A stretch of 25,462 nucleotides of DNA from IMG/VR virus record IMGVR_UViG_3300044300_002650, positions 1 to 25,462 of that record; one strand, written 5' to 3'. The first letter of the stretch is position 1. Each line of letters starts with the position of its first letter. Made by a program: the position numbers and the translations under genes. Below are positions 15,993 through 24,770 of the stretch, piece by piece. The stretch is from a virus. Lineage: Duplodnaviria; Caudoviricetes. Under the pieces are notes generated by a model. That model was not told the origin of the DNA. It searched no databases and saw only the letters and a list, made by a program, of their open reading frames with translations.

Positions 15993-17231
15993 TTAATCTA
16001 AATTATGTTTATTTAATAAATAGTCTTTAATTCTATTATATTGTCCACCCCCAAAGGTTATTTTCTTATCAAGCATTACACAATCATATAAATCAAATTC
16101 TCCATCATGTGGTGAATTAATGCCTAATCTTTTAAATCTAAATGTTGCCCCTGATACACTTGCAGAAAAATTAGAGTATCTAGATTTCTCTTGATATAAA
16201 ATATCACCATTTGGATCATATATTTGGTATTGACCTGATGAATCATCTGATGCACCCCAAGAAAAAGCAAAATAAGTTTTATCCTCAAAATTAGGAACAG
16301 ATGTTCCTGCTACTGTTAAAGCAAATAGACCACCAATTTGAAGAATAACAGAATTAGTAGAACCAACTTTTGTCATTCTAACCATAGCGCCTGCATCACC
16401 ACCTGAAATTGCTCCTGCGTGCATAACTGTTATACCTGAATCTCCTGTTGATACTTTCTTTTGTAATACCATAAATATTGTGCAACCACTTGTAAAATTC
16501 ACACCATCCGTAGCAGCAAGTTCTAATTGTGCAGGAGGGTCAGTTGTTGATTCTTGGTCAAATCTCATTGAACCATCTTCTCTATATTTTGGCTTCGCAC
16601 TTACAGATACTTCATCTCCCTGTGTTAAATTTAAAGCAGAATCACCTCCACCACTATAACATAACGATATATTATCACCATTCGTAGTAGGTATTTGTCT
16701 TACAGTTGCATTTTTACTTAATAAACCTGCTATTGTGCCTCCATACCACGCATAAGCCCCCATACTTGCAGGGTTCACTATATATCTAAGGTCGAACTCC
16801 AAATACTTTTCATAAACTCTTAGATGGTCATTAAAAATATCAAAGCTCGTATCATAAAAAACCTGTTGAATCCAATAACCCTCCACAATAGAACATCCAG
16901 CTGTTGGAGGAACTCCTGATATACCTGTTAAGGGCAAAGCATAATTGGTTTCATCCTTATATCTTTCAAAAGTTGAAATTACAATATCAGCAATATTTTG
17001 CACATCTGCATAAGTGGTAGCATGAACACCAATCACTATCCTTGCTTCCGCTTTTGGATGTCGCCTTGCTTTTATTTCAATTGGTTCAATATCTTTTAAT
17101 TCATACATCAAAGATGGATAAGTTTCATTCTGTGGTATTACAGAAGGAAAAATCCTTGTAGAAACTAAATCAGTCAAATCAGTTTCAGATGATAATATTT
17201 TATATATTGCTTTTGATATACTCACCGCCAA
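15993..17231 (-). CDS. Tail terminator/completion protein (DUF3168-like) fused to a C-terminal LamG/ConA-like domain
   Basis: AIYKIL...LVSTRIFP.VIPQ..TYP.LMY N-terminus; about 250-aa beta-rich extension ending DCVMLDK...RIKDYLLNKHN; TTG (or GTG) start overlapping the upstream stop. Confidence 0.7.
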   Translation of the reverse strand: MAVSISKAIYKILSSETDLTDLVSTRIFPSVIPQNETYPSLMYELKDIEPIEIKARRHPKAEARIVIGVHATTYADVQNIADIVISTFERYKDETNYALPLTGISGVPPTAGCSIVEGYWIQQVFYDTSFDIFNDHLRVYEKYLEFDLRYIVNPASMGAYAWYGGTIAGLLSKNATVRQIPTTNGDNISLCYSGGGDSALNLTQGDEVSVSAKPKYREDGSMRFDQESTTDPPAQLELAATDGVNFTSGCTIFMVLQKKVSTGDSGITVMHAGAISGGDAGAMVRMTKVGSTNSVILQIGGLFALTVAGTSVPNFEDKTYFAFSWGASDDSSGQYQIYDPNGDILYQEKSRYSNFSASVSGATFRFKRLGINSPHDGEFDLYDCVMLDKKITFGGGQYNRIKDYLLNKHNLD

Positions 17232-17647
17232 TTTTTTTCTATAACTAATTGTATTAATTTGTCTTCTATTCTTCGAAGGGCTATTTCTTTGTTATTTTCC
17301 AGAGCAGGAGAAATAAAATCATTTGCTCTAGTTTGACCGCCTCCCCTTGTTTTATGTCCTTCAACAACCCAGTTCACATAATATCCATCATATTTTGCCC
17401 TTCTCCCTGCTCTTGCTCCAACCACCACTAAAGCATTTTTTCTACTAGAAATCCTAGAAATAGATTTTTGCAAATTTCCTGTTCTTATAGGAGCGGTTGT
17501 TTTCATTTGTTTCCAAATAGGAAAAGCCCCAAAACTTAAAACCCTTCTTAGTAATCTATTTTTTTTCGCATCAATATCACACCTTTTAAGCCTTCGGATT
17601 ACTTCATCCATACCTACAAGTTTTATGTGACTTTTTATTTGCGCCAT
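17222..17647 (-). CDS. HK97 gp10-like neck/tail component
   Basis: LVGMDEV...APIRTGNLQKSI...GYYVNWVVEGH...ANDFISPA motifs. Confidence 0.88.
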   Translation of the reverse strand: MAQIKSHIKLVGMDEVIRRLKRCDIDAKKNRLLRRVLSFGAFPIWKQMKTTAPIRTGNLQKSISRISSRKNALVVVGARAGRRAKYDGYYVNWVVEGHKTRGGGQTRANDFISPALENNKEIALRRIEDKLIQLVIEKNWR

Positions 17648-17720
17648 TTTTACTTTTTTCTAAACCCCTATTTTTTCAACTTTTTTTTCTTGAGGGAAAT
17701 TTCATCTAATTAACTTTCTC

Positions 17721-17753
17721 GCTTACCCTAATGTGATTATATCAAAGTAGGGT
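17721..17753. other. Imperfect palindrome / dif-like sequence in a 185-bp non-coding gap
   Basis: ACCCTA-ATGTGAT-TAT-ATCAAAG-TAGGGT; also reads GCTTACCCTAA-TGTGA-TTATATCAAAG. Confidence 0.3.
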
Positions 17754-17832
17754 TAAAATGCCTTAAATCGTTTGTTTTTAATACCTGTGTTTATTTTTAA
17801 TATTCCAAATAATTTAAGATATTTTTTAAAAT

Positions 17833-18204
17833 TTAAGCCAATCTTCCATCATCTTTGAATGAACAATTTATTAAAATTCCCATTCCCCTCCCATTATATT
17901 CTACACTATCAATTTCATAATATTTGCTCAAATATTGAACTTGATATTTTTGTTCAGGTGAAACAGTAGATGAATCTAAATTCAAATCACTATCCCATCT
18001 AACTAAGAATGATACTTTATTGGTAGAAACAATTGTATCATCTTCTACTTTTTCTTTTCCTTTGTAAGGCATTACCATTGACCACACACTTTTTAAAATA
18101 CTTCTAGCTTTAGAATAACCACCATAAGAATCCTGTGTTCTAGTTAGCTCATATATGGTAATATAAGTATCTAACTTCCCTGCTTTTAATAATTCCTTTT
18201 CCAT
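17833..18204 (-). CDS. Head-tail adaptor / head closure protein (SPP1 gp16 / HK97 gp7-like)
   Basis: AGKLD..ITI....QDSYGG...VWS.V.P..GKE...F.VRW...YEIDSV. Confidence 0.88.
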   Translation of the reverse strand: MEKELLKAGKLDTYITIYELTRTQDSYGGYSKARSILKSVWSMVMPYKGKEKVEDDTIVSTNKVSFLVRWDSDLNLDSSTVSPEQKYQVQYLSKYYEIDSVEYNGRGMGILINCSFKDDGRLA

Positions 18205-18867
18205 TTAATACTCCCAAATTCTATAAGGTTCTAATAAATATTCTGATGTAGTAGGCATCCTATGAACCATATCCTCCCTCTTTTCATATAAATTACCAAT
18301 AATAAGTAACACCGCCTGCTTAATTGGATCAGGCACATCACTTGATGCAGCTCCATATCCACTAACAAATGCAATATTTACTGCATCAGCTCTAGAGTAT
18401 ATAGAGGGAAAGTCTTGACCATCTACCACTTCAATGAATCCTTTTTGATTTTCAGGATTTATGACATTATAATTTGATGATGACCAAATTTGTGATGAAT
18501 TATCACTATCAAAGTAAGCAATTGAAGCAACTGAGCTTATAGGAGCTTTAGGTAAAAATATCTGTGCAAGACCTGTATATGGTGAATAATAACCACCTAA
18601 TGAATAGGTGTAAGATTTTAATATATTAGATGTTGTTGCAAGATTAGCATTTGAAACAAAAACATCTTTCCAATCCTCCATAGTCATTGTATATGAAGTA
18701 TTGATAAAGTTGCCTCCACAATATTTCTCTGCAAAAGAAGTAGCAACTTTTATTAAAGTTCCAATATAAGTATCTTCTGCGGAATGTGTAACACGCAAAT
18801 GTGTTTTAGCCTCTGCTGTTGTTAATATATCACTTGATGCAGCAGAAGTGATTGTTAATCTAGCCAT
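18205..18867 (-). CDS. Head-tail connector (HK97 gp6-like, long form)
   Basis: LTTAEAKTHLRV...EDTYI..LI..A...AEKY and VPDPIKQAVLLIIGNLYEKRE motifs. Confidence 0.92.
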   Translation of the reverse strand: MARLTITSAASSDILTTAEAKTHLRVTHSAEDTYIGTLIKVATSFAEKYCGGNFINTSYTMTMEDWKDVFVSNANLATTSNILKSYTYSLGGYYSPYTGLAQIFLPKAPISSVASIAYFDSDNSSQIWSSSNYNVINPENQKGFIEVVDGQDFPSIYSRADAVNIAFVSGYGAASSDVPDPIKQAVLLIIGNLYEKREDMVHRMPTTSEYLLEPYRIWEY

Positions 18868-18883
18868 CTAAAGAAGTGTTAAG

Positions 18884-18972
18884 AAATAGAAAGGAGGGTA
18901 AAGAGATTAATAATAGTAGTCATTAAATCCCTTTCCCCATTTTGTTTTGTATTTACCCCCCTTATTCTATTT
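18884..18972 (-). terminator. Extended RNA stem structure after the capsid gene (terminator/attenuator-like)
   Basis: Outer arms AAATAGAA-T-AAGGGGGGTAAA / TTTACCCTCCTT-TCTATTT enclosing an inner GGGATT...AATCTC hairpin. Confidence 0.55.
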
Positions 18973-18988
18973 AAAATTAATATAATTA

Positions 18989-20212
18989 TTATGCTTCAGT
19001 TAACTGAACAAATGCTGCTCCATTTTGAACTGCATTACCATCAACTAATGAAGTCACAACCATTCTTGGTTCTCCTGTTCCTGCATTTGTGTAAGGGTCA
19101 AATAAAATATCTAAACCACCAAATTGTGCAATATGAACTTTCGAGAAGTCACCCATAAGAACATGGTCTTTTGAGCCTGTTCCATTTGCAGCAACATTAC
19201 CTGAAACAAAGGCATAATATCCATTTACTCTTTTGTCCGCAGGGTCATAAGCAGCAGAAATACTTGCAACTTGTGCTTCAGTTTTTATTTTAGCATAAGC
19301 ATCAGCATCCATTAAATAAGCCATTCTAGCGCCTTGTAAATTAACATTTGCAGCAAGTAAAGTTTCTTCCATTGAGATTGCATTTGCCGCAGTAAATTCA
19401 CCTGTAGGTCCTGTAGCCGCATCTGCAAATATTGATGCAGGAGCATTTGAAACATCAGATGTATCAAGTAAAGCGCTTTCAAGAGTTGCCGCTACACTTT
19501 CCGCCATATTTCTTCTTAGAGCTGCCTCTAAACCTGCATTTTGCGCCATAGCTTCAGCAGAAACATTTACTATTGAAATACATTTTTTTGGTGATAATGT
19601 AATTGAAGTAGCTGTTCCATTTGCCGCAGGAGCAGAACCTCCTGTTTCAGCAACGAATCCTGAATTTATTGAACTAAACACTGGGAACTTCATATTGTTA
19701 ACACCACTATAGAAGTTTGCTCCTGCTGATGCAAGAACTAAATTTGCTTCTAATTGGTCAGTCCATGACATAACCTCAGTCGCATTTCCTGCATCTGTTC
19801 CAACAGCTGCTCTGTATTGAAGAACAGAAGAAGGGATTGCTATACCTTTATATGATTGACCTAAGTATCGTGCTTCATTTCTTGCTTCTTGATCCATTTC
19901 CTTAACTATACCTTCCAATTTTCCTGTGTATGCTTGTTTCATAGCACTCTGAAAAGAATAGTCACGCAATTCTTTTGAAGATTCAGTTGGTTTTGTGCTT
20001 GTAGATTTTGAAGCAATTGTTGCGTTCAATTTTTCTAACTTTTCACATCTTTCGATTTTTTTATCTATTTTTTTGATTTCAGAATCAAAGCCATCAAATT
20101 GGTTTGATTCCTCCTCAGTCAAATCTCGCTTTTCATCTTTAGCAAGATTAACAAGAGAATCCATATTTTCTATAAGGATTGCTCTTTCTTCTTTTAATTT
20201 TAAACTTTCCAT
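18989..20212 (-). CDS. Major capsid protein, HK97 fold with N-terminal coiled-coil delta domain
   Basis: Coiled-coil N-terminus, GFVAETG, ITLSPKK, GDFS...GGLDILFDPYT motifs; follows the protease. Confidence 0.95.
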   Translation of the reverse strand: MESLKLKEERAILIENMDSLVNLAKDEKRDLTEEESNQFDGFDSEIKKIDKKIERCEKLEKLNATIASKSTSTKPTESSKELRDYSFQSAMKQAYTGKLEGIVKEMDQEARNEARYLGQSYKGIAIPSSVLQYRAAVGTDAGNATEVMSWTDQLEANLVLASAGANFYSGVNNMKFPVFSSINSGFVAETGGSAPAANGTATSITLSPKKCISIVNVSAEAMAQNAGLEAALRRNMAESVAATLESALLDTSDVSNAPASIFADAATGPTGEFTAANAISMEETLLAANVNLQGARMAYLMDADAYAKIKTEAQVASISAAYDPADKRVNGYYAFVSGNVAANGTGSKDHVLMGDFSKVHIAQFGGLDILFDPYTNAGTGEPRMVVTSLVDGNAVQNGAAFVQLTEA

Positions 20213-20216
20213 TTAT

Positions 20217-21308
20217 TTATTTGTTTTTTAATATTTGTAACTTTAATTCCATAAGATTTCTTTTATGCAAATCTTTAGATTCTTTGGCTTCTTGTTTTTC
20301 GTTATATAAATTTAAATTTCTTTTGGCTACTGTTGAAACATTTGTTCCTTTGTATGCAGGGATGGTTACAGGTGAAACATCTATCAATCGAGAAACTTTC
20401 TCTATTGTTCTGATAGGTTGCCCATCTTTTCTTTCCCAAGAATCTTCTTCAACTATAAAACCAAAAGATGATTCATAAATATTTCCTGATTTTAGATTAA
20501 TCAATAAATCGTTTCCATATGACAAGCCTTCAGGAACATCAAATGAATATCTTAATCCTTTTGAATCGACAGTTAACTGTAATGATCCATTATCCGTTCT
20601 TGCAAGTGGGAAATTCATATCATGGTTAATTAAAGCAACTACATTATCTTCCATCACACTCTCAAAAGCCCTTTCAGATACTTGCTCTCTAAAACCACCT
20701 AAGTCCTCAGAAAGTGAATTAAAAACACTTGCATAACCCACAACCCTTCTTGGATTTTCTTCATCTACTCGCATTTCTGTTTTATTAAAAAACCTTCTTT
20801 CAAATCCTTCTGCTTTTTGTAGATTCCTGTATGAATCTTCATCATCATGGTCGCCCTTATTTATTTCTTCAATTACTTCTTCTACCATCTCATCATCATC
20901 TTTTTCTTTTAAATAGTGGATTACATAATGAGTTTCTGTTTCTTCAATAAAATCAATATGTCTTTTTATGACAGATTTTTTTCTTTCATCTTCAAACATA
21001 TCAATCAATTTGCCTGCTGCTTCAAAAATATCTTCATGTTTAAATTGTGCTGCTCTTTGTCTTATAGCTGTTAATGCTTTTTTATATACTTTTCCATCTT
21101 TTCCAAATGGAAATTTATAATGGTCTTTTGTTTCTGCATCCGCATCTTCATTAACACCTAAAAACCATTTTCCATAATCGGACCAATTATCATCACCCAA
21201 AATTTTATTTCCATCTTCTGCTGTAAAATCCCATTTACTATCCATGTCAATTTTACCTGCATTTATTAATGATTGTGCTTTTTTATATCCTTTATTATTC
21301 AGTTTCAT
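20217..21308 (-). CDS. HK97-family prohead protease with an extra N-terminal domain
   Basis: GYASVFNSLSEDLGGFRE, ALINHD, SSFGF, LIDVSPVTIPAY in the C-terminal half; about 165 additional N-terminal residues. Confidence 0.92.
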   Translation of the reverse strand: MKLNNKGYKKAQSLINAGKIDMDSKWDFTAEDGNKILGDDNWSDYGKWFLGVNEDADAETKDHYKFPFGKDGKVYKKALTAIRQRAAQFKHEDIFEAAGKLIDMFEDERKKSVIKRHIDFIEETETHYVIHYLKEKDDDEMVEEVIEEINKGDHDDEDSYRNLQKAEGFERRFFNKTEMRVDEENPRRVVGYASVFNSLSEDLGGFREQVSERAFESVMEDNVVALINHDMNFPLARTDNGSLQLTVDSKGLRYSFDVPEGLSYGNDLLINLKSGNIYESSFGFIVEEDSWERKDGQPIRTIEKVSRLIDVSPVTIPAYKGTNVSTVAKRNLNLYNEKQEAKESKDLHKRNLMELKLQILKNK

Positions 21309-22482
21309 TTTTATTTATATTATCTATTGAACCTAAGTTTAATGGAACAAAATGTCCATCTAAACCTTCTAATCTGTTTAAATCTTCAAACTCCCTTATT
21401 TCATTTGCGGACAACACTCCTATTTCAAACAACCTCCTGTAATAGTCACCCCTCGAATCAACATCCGCTCTTAATAATTCTGATACTCTAAATTTACACC
21501 AATGATTTTTTTCTTCACTTGCAGTAAATACCTTTCTGTTAAATTCTTGTTCGATATTGACTAAATAAGGCATTAAGGTATAAGTAACAAACTCAATAGA
21601 TTGTTGCTCAATATTATTATTTGTGCTTCTCTCTAGGTCGAAAAGCATATGCGGTTGCACTCTAAAAATTCTAGCTATTTCTGCAATTGTGAACTGTCTG
21701 TTCTTAACAAACTCTGCATCTACTAACGGAACAGATATTGGTTTGTAAGAAACTCCTCCTTCTAATACCGCTGTCTTATGTGTATTACTCAATCCTCCAA
21801 ATCTATTACCCCAAGATTTTCTCAATCTTTCTGCTGATTCTTCAGTCAATTTACCATCAGTTTGTAACACACCTTGCAATATCGCTCCATTCTCAAAAAA
21901 CTTTGCTCCAAATTTTTGAGTTGCAAGACCTACACCAATTGCTTCTCTACAAGCTGTAATTGGTGATTTTCCAACCATTCCATCATAAGACAGTCCAACA
22001 AAATGCAGTATTTCTTTACTCTGATATGTTCTTTCATTTGTTTCATAATAAACCCTTCCATCTTCTCCTAATTTAACATCCATTAAATTTGGATCAACAA
22101 TATCAAAACTAATTGGCTTTGCTCCACCATTTCTGTTTATAATAGCATAAGCATTACCATATAATAATAGATGAACCATCAGAGTGTTCCTGAACTGATA
22201 ACTTGTGTATCTTTCAGATGGATTAGAGTGAAGCAATTGTTGCAAGGGTAAATCATAAGCAATTGCCTTTGAACCATCTTTTTTCCGTTCATACACGTTT
22301 AAGGGTAAGGAAGCAACTGTTGAAGCGATTAGATTGACCGCTGCCCACACAGCGGTTAGTTGCATAGAACCCTGTTCAGACACTGGAACACCTGATGTGG
22401 AAATACCCAAAGAACCTATAAAATCTGTGTTATATGTTCTTTTTTCCTTTTTAGGAAATTTGAAAAAATCTAATAACCCCAT
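21295..22482 (-). CDS. Portal protein, HK97 family
   Basis: AVWAAVNLIASTVASLP, LLLYGNAY, GKSPI, IARIFRV.PH, NNIEQQ motifs. Confidence 0.96.
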   Translation of the reverse strand: MGLLDFFKFPKKEKRTYNTDFIGSLGISTSGVPVSEQGSMQLTAVWAAVNLIASTVASLPLNVYERKKDGSKAIAYDLPLQQLLHSNPSERYTSYQFRNTLMVHLLLYGNAYAIINRNGGAKPISFDIVDPNLMDVKLGEDGRVYYETNERTYQSKEILHFVGLSYDGMVGKSPITACREAIGVGLATQKFGAKFFENGAILQGVLQTDGKLTEESAERLRKSWGNRFGGLSNTHKTAVLEGGVSYKPISVPLVDAEFVKNRQFTIAEIARIFRVQPHMLFDLERSTNNNIEQQSIEFVTYTLMPYLVNIEQEFNRKVFTASEEKNHWCKFRVSELLRADVDSRGDYYRRLFEIGVLSANEIREFEDLNRLEGLDGHFVPLNLGSIDNINKNETE

Positions 22483-22541
22483 AAAATTTGCAGTATAAAA
22501 CGCATAATACTAAATTATATTTAATCCCACAATAAACTTTT

Positions 22542-22772
22542 TTAAAAAGTATTAAAATTTAAAGCATCTAATATTCCTTCAGAGGTAGTTGAAATCTTTT
22601 TTTTTATCAAACGCTCATAAGTCAAACCTTTAAATGTTTTGTCAATCAAACCTCTCCTGACTTTACTTTTAAAACTTAATGCTTGTTTTTTATTTAAAAA
22701 TCCTTTGTGCGTGCTTACTAAGAATCCATTTTTAATATCTAATTTTTTATAACTTACAATATACACATTCAT
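22542..22772 (-). CDS. Basic hypothetical protein, second gene of the terL-portal insertion
   Basis: 76-aa AT-rich ORF downstream of the promoter at 22975. Confidence 0.6.
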   Translation of the reverse strand: MNVYIVSYKKLDIKNGFLVSTHKGFLNKKQALSFKSKVRRGLIDKTFKGLTYERLIKKKISTTSEGILDALNFNTF

Positions 22773-22793
22773 TATTATATATTACTTTTCTTA

Positions 22794-22949
22794 TTATTTA
22801 TTATTTATATTTTGATAAAATTGAATTTCATTTACATTTATTACTTTATTGTTATCTAACAATATAAAATCTCCTTTTATATCAATAACATTATATATCC
22901 ATTGACATTGTTTTGTTCTTACTCTACTACCTATTTTTAAATTTTTCAT
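22794..22949 (-). CDS. 51-aa hypothetical (MKNLKIGSRVRTKQCQWIYNVIDIKGDFILLDNN...), SH3-barrel-like; not in the ORF track
   Basis: ATG 22949 to TAA 22794, 25 bp downstream of a consensus promoter. Confidence 0.6.
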   Translation of the reverse strand: MKNLKIGSRVRTKQCQWIYNVIDIKGDFILLDNNKVINVNEIQFYQNINNK

Positions 22950-22974
22950 TTCTCTTTTCGTTTTTTGTTATACA

Positions 22975-23005
22975 CAAATATAGCACTTTTTTGCTTAATA
23001 CCAAA
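22975..23005 (-). promoter_or_regulatory. Consensus Bacteroidota sigmaA promoter
   Basis: TTTG-N19-TATATTTG, exact match to the -33/-7 consensus. Confidence 0.8.
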
Positions 23006-23046
23006 CTCTGAGGGAAAAAACTTTGATTTTTTTTACTCTACCTCTG

Positions 23047-23220
23047 TTAAATTTTTTGATTTTTTTTTCTAGATTTCATTGTTTTAAAGGATTGATAGGA
23101 ATTATATTTGAATTTCCCATGTTTTTCATAGTGTTTTTCTTCCACTATTTCCCACGCTTCTCTCCCTTTTTTGGGTGAATTATGTTTTTCAAATTCTTTT
23201 AAATACTCTTTAAATTTCAT
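23047..23220 (-). CDS. 57-aa hypothetical after terL (MKFKEYLKEF...EAWEIVEEKHYEKHGKFKYNSYQSFKTMKSR...), not in the ORF track
   Basis: ATGA overlap with the terL stop; open to TAA at 23047. Confidence 0.7.
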   Translation of the reverse strand: MKFKEYLKEFEKHNSPKKGREAWEIVEEKHYEKHGKFKYNSYQSFKTMKSRKKNQKI

Positions 23221-24770
23221 ATAAATAAAATATCCCTATCTTCATAAACACTTCCTTCATCCTCTTGTGCTTGATTCATATATTGTGCTAAAGCCATTAC
23301 AAGCGCTACCATTCCATCAATCTTAGACTTTGATTTTGACTTGCTGAATTTAATATTTCCTGCTGCATCAGCTTGAATTTGAACGTTGCTTGCGTTCCAA
23401 TTTAAGACAGGATGATTACCATGATTTATCTGTTTACCATAAACTAACTTTTCTAATTCTTTACAAGGCGCTGACATACTTGCAAAGCCCTGTCCAATAG
23501 GATTCATTTTTACACCTTCTTCTGTTAGATTGATAACCAACTGGCTACTGTTCCACCTATCAAATCCAATACCTATCACATTAAACATTTCACATATTTC
23601 ATATATTTTTTCTTGAATAAAATTATAATCAACTACATTACCTTCAGTCATAAATATATGTTCTTTGTTTACCCACGAAAGATAATCCACACCATCTGAA
23701 TCTCTTTTTTCATAAACCTTAGATTCAGGAACAAAAAAGAATGGTATTACTTCAAATGTTTCATCATCATTTGGAAATAATAAAGTCAAGGCGGTTAAAT
23801 CCCTTGTAGATGCTAAATCTAAACCACCAAAACAATCCCTTCCTTTGAAATCTTCAATGTTTATTTCCCCTAAATTACAATCATTCCAAACTTCATCATT
23901 AATCCATTTGCTTTCATTAGTGGTCCAAATATTCAAATGTAATCTTTTAAACGTGTTTTCATATGAAGCTATTTGATTTGCTTTATTAAATTGTTGTGTA
24001 AAATATTCATCTTTTATTATTGATCCATAAGCAGGATTTGCTTTTTTCCACGTTGATTTTTTAGTCCAATCATCCTCTTTATCTGCTGCAAATATTACAG
24101 GTAAAAATGATTCATCTTTAATAGCACCTGATAAAACTTGCTGTGCATAGGTGTGGACCTCATAGCAAATAGACTCCTTGTCATATCCTGCTGTGGTAAT
24201 ACAGATGGTTAGTGGTTGCTTTCTTGCTCCTGTGGATGTTGTTAATACATCAAAAAGTTCTCTTGATTTTTGAGCGTGTAACTCATCAAAGATTATAGCA
24301 CTACAATTAAAACCATGCTTAGTATTAGCATCTGCGCTTATAGCTTTATAATAAGAATTTTTATTTTCTAGAGTAACTGAGTTTCTAAATACTTTCCCAC
24401 GCTTAGATAATTCCTTGTTACCCAAAACCATAGCTTTTGCAATCTCAAAAACAATGCCTGCTTGGGAGCGGTCGGCAGCGGCGCTTATAACTTCTGCTCC
24501 TAACTCGCCATCTGCGTATAACATATATAATGCTATTGCTGCACACAAACTTGACTTTCCATTTTTTCTTGGAATCTCTATATATGCTGTTCTAAATTTT
24601 CGTGTTCCATCTTCTCTTTTCCATCCAAAAAGAGGTTCAATTATTTTTTCCTTTTGGAACTTTTCTAATATAAACGGCTGTCCTGCGAGTTCACCTTTAC
24701 AATGGGTGATGTATTTTTCTATAAACGCAACCGCTCTGTTTGCGGATTTTTTATCAAAATAATATTTCAT
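23217..24770 (-). CDS. terL: Terminase large subunit (Terminase_1, cos-type)
   Basis: Walker A IPRKNGKS, Walker B IIFDELH, ITTAG, GLDLASTRD, KIDGMVA nuclease motifs. Confidence 0.97.
   Translation of the reverse strand: MKYYFDKKSANRAVAFIEKYITHCKGELAGQPFILEKFQKEKIIEPLFGWKREDGTRKFRTAYIEIPRKNGKSSLCAAIALYMLYADGELGAEVISAAADRSQAGIVFEIAKAMVLGNKELSKRGKVFRNSVTLENKNSYYKAISADANTKHGFNCSAIIFDELHAQKSRELFDVLTTSTGARKQPLTICITTAGYDKESICYEVHTYAQQVLSGAIKDESFLPVIFAADKEDDWTKKSTWKKANPAYGSIIKDEYFTQQFNKANQIASYENTFKRLHLNIWTTNESKWINDEVWNDCNLGEINIEDFKGRDCFGGLDLASTRDLTALTLLFPNDDETFEVIPFFFVPESKVYEKRDSDGVDYLSWVNKEHIFMTEGNVVDYNFIQEKIYEICEMFNVIGIGFDRWNSSQLVINLTEEGVKMNPIGQGFASMSAPCKELEKLVYGKQINHGNHPVLNWNASNVQIQADAAGNIKFSKSKSKSKIDGMVALVMALAQYMNQAQEDEGSVYEDRDILFI

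Noticed and set aside
23103-23110. Plus-strand TATATTTG as an antisense promoter into terL
   Set aside because: No TTTG at the proper spacing and it lies inside a coding region; likely chance in AT-rich DNA
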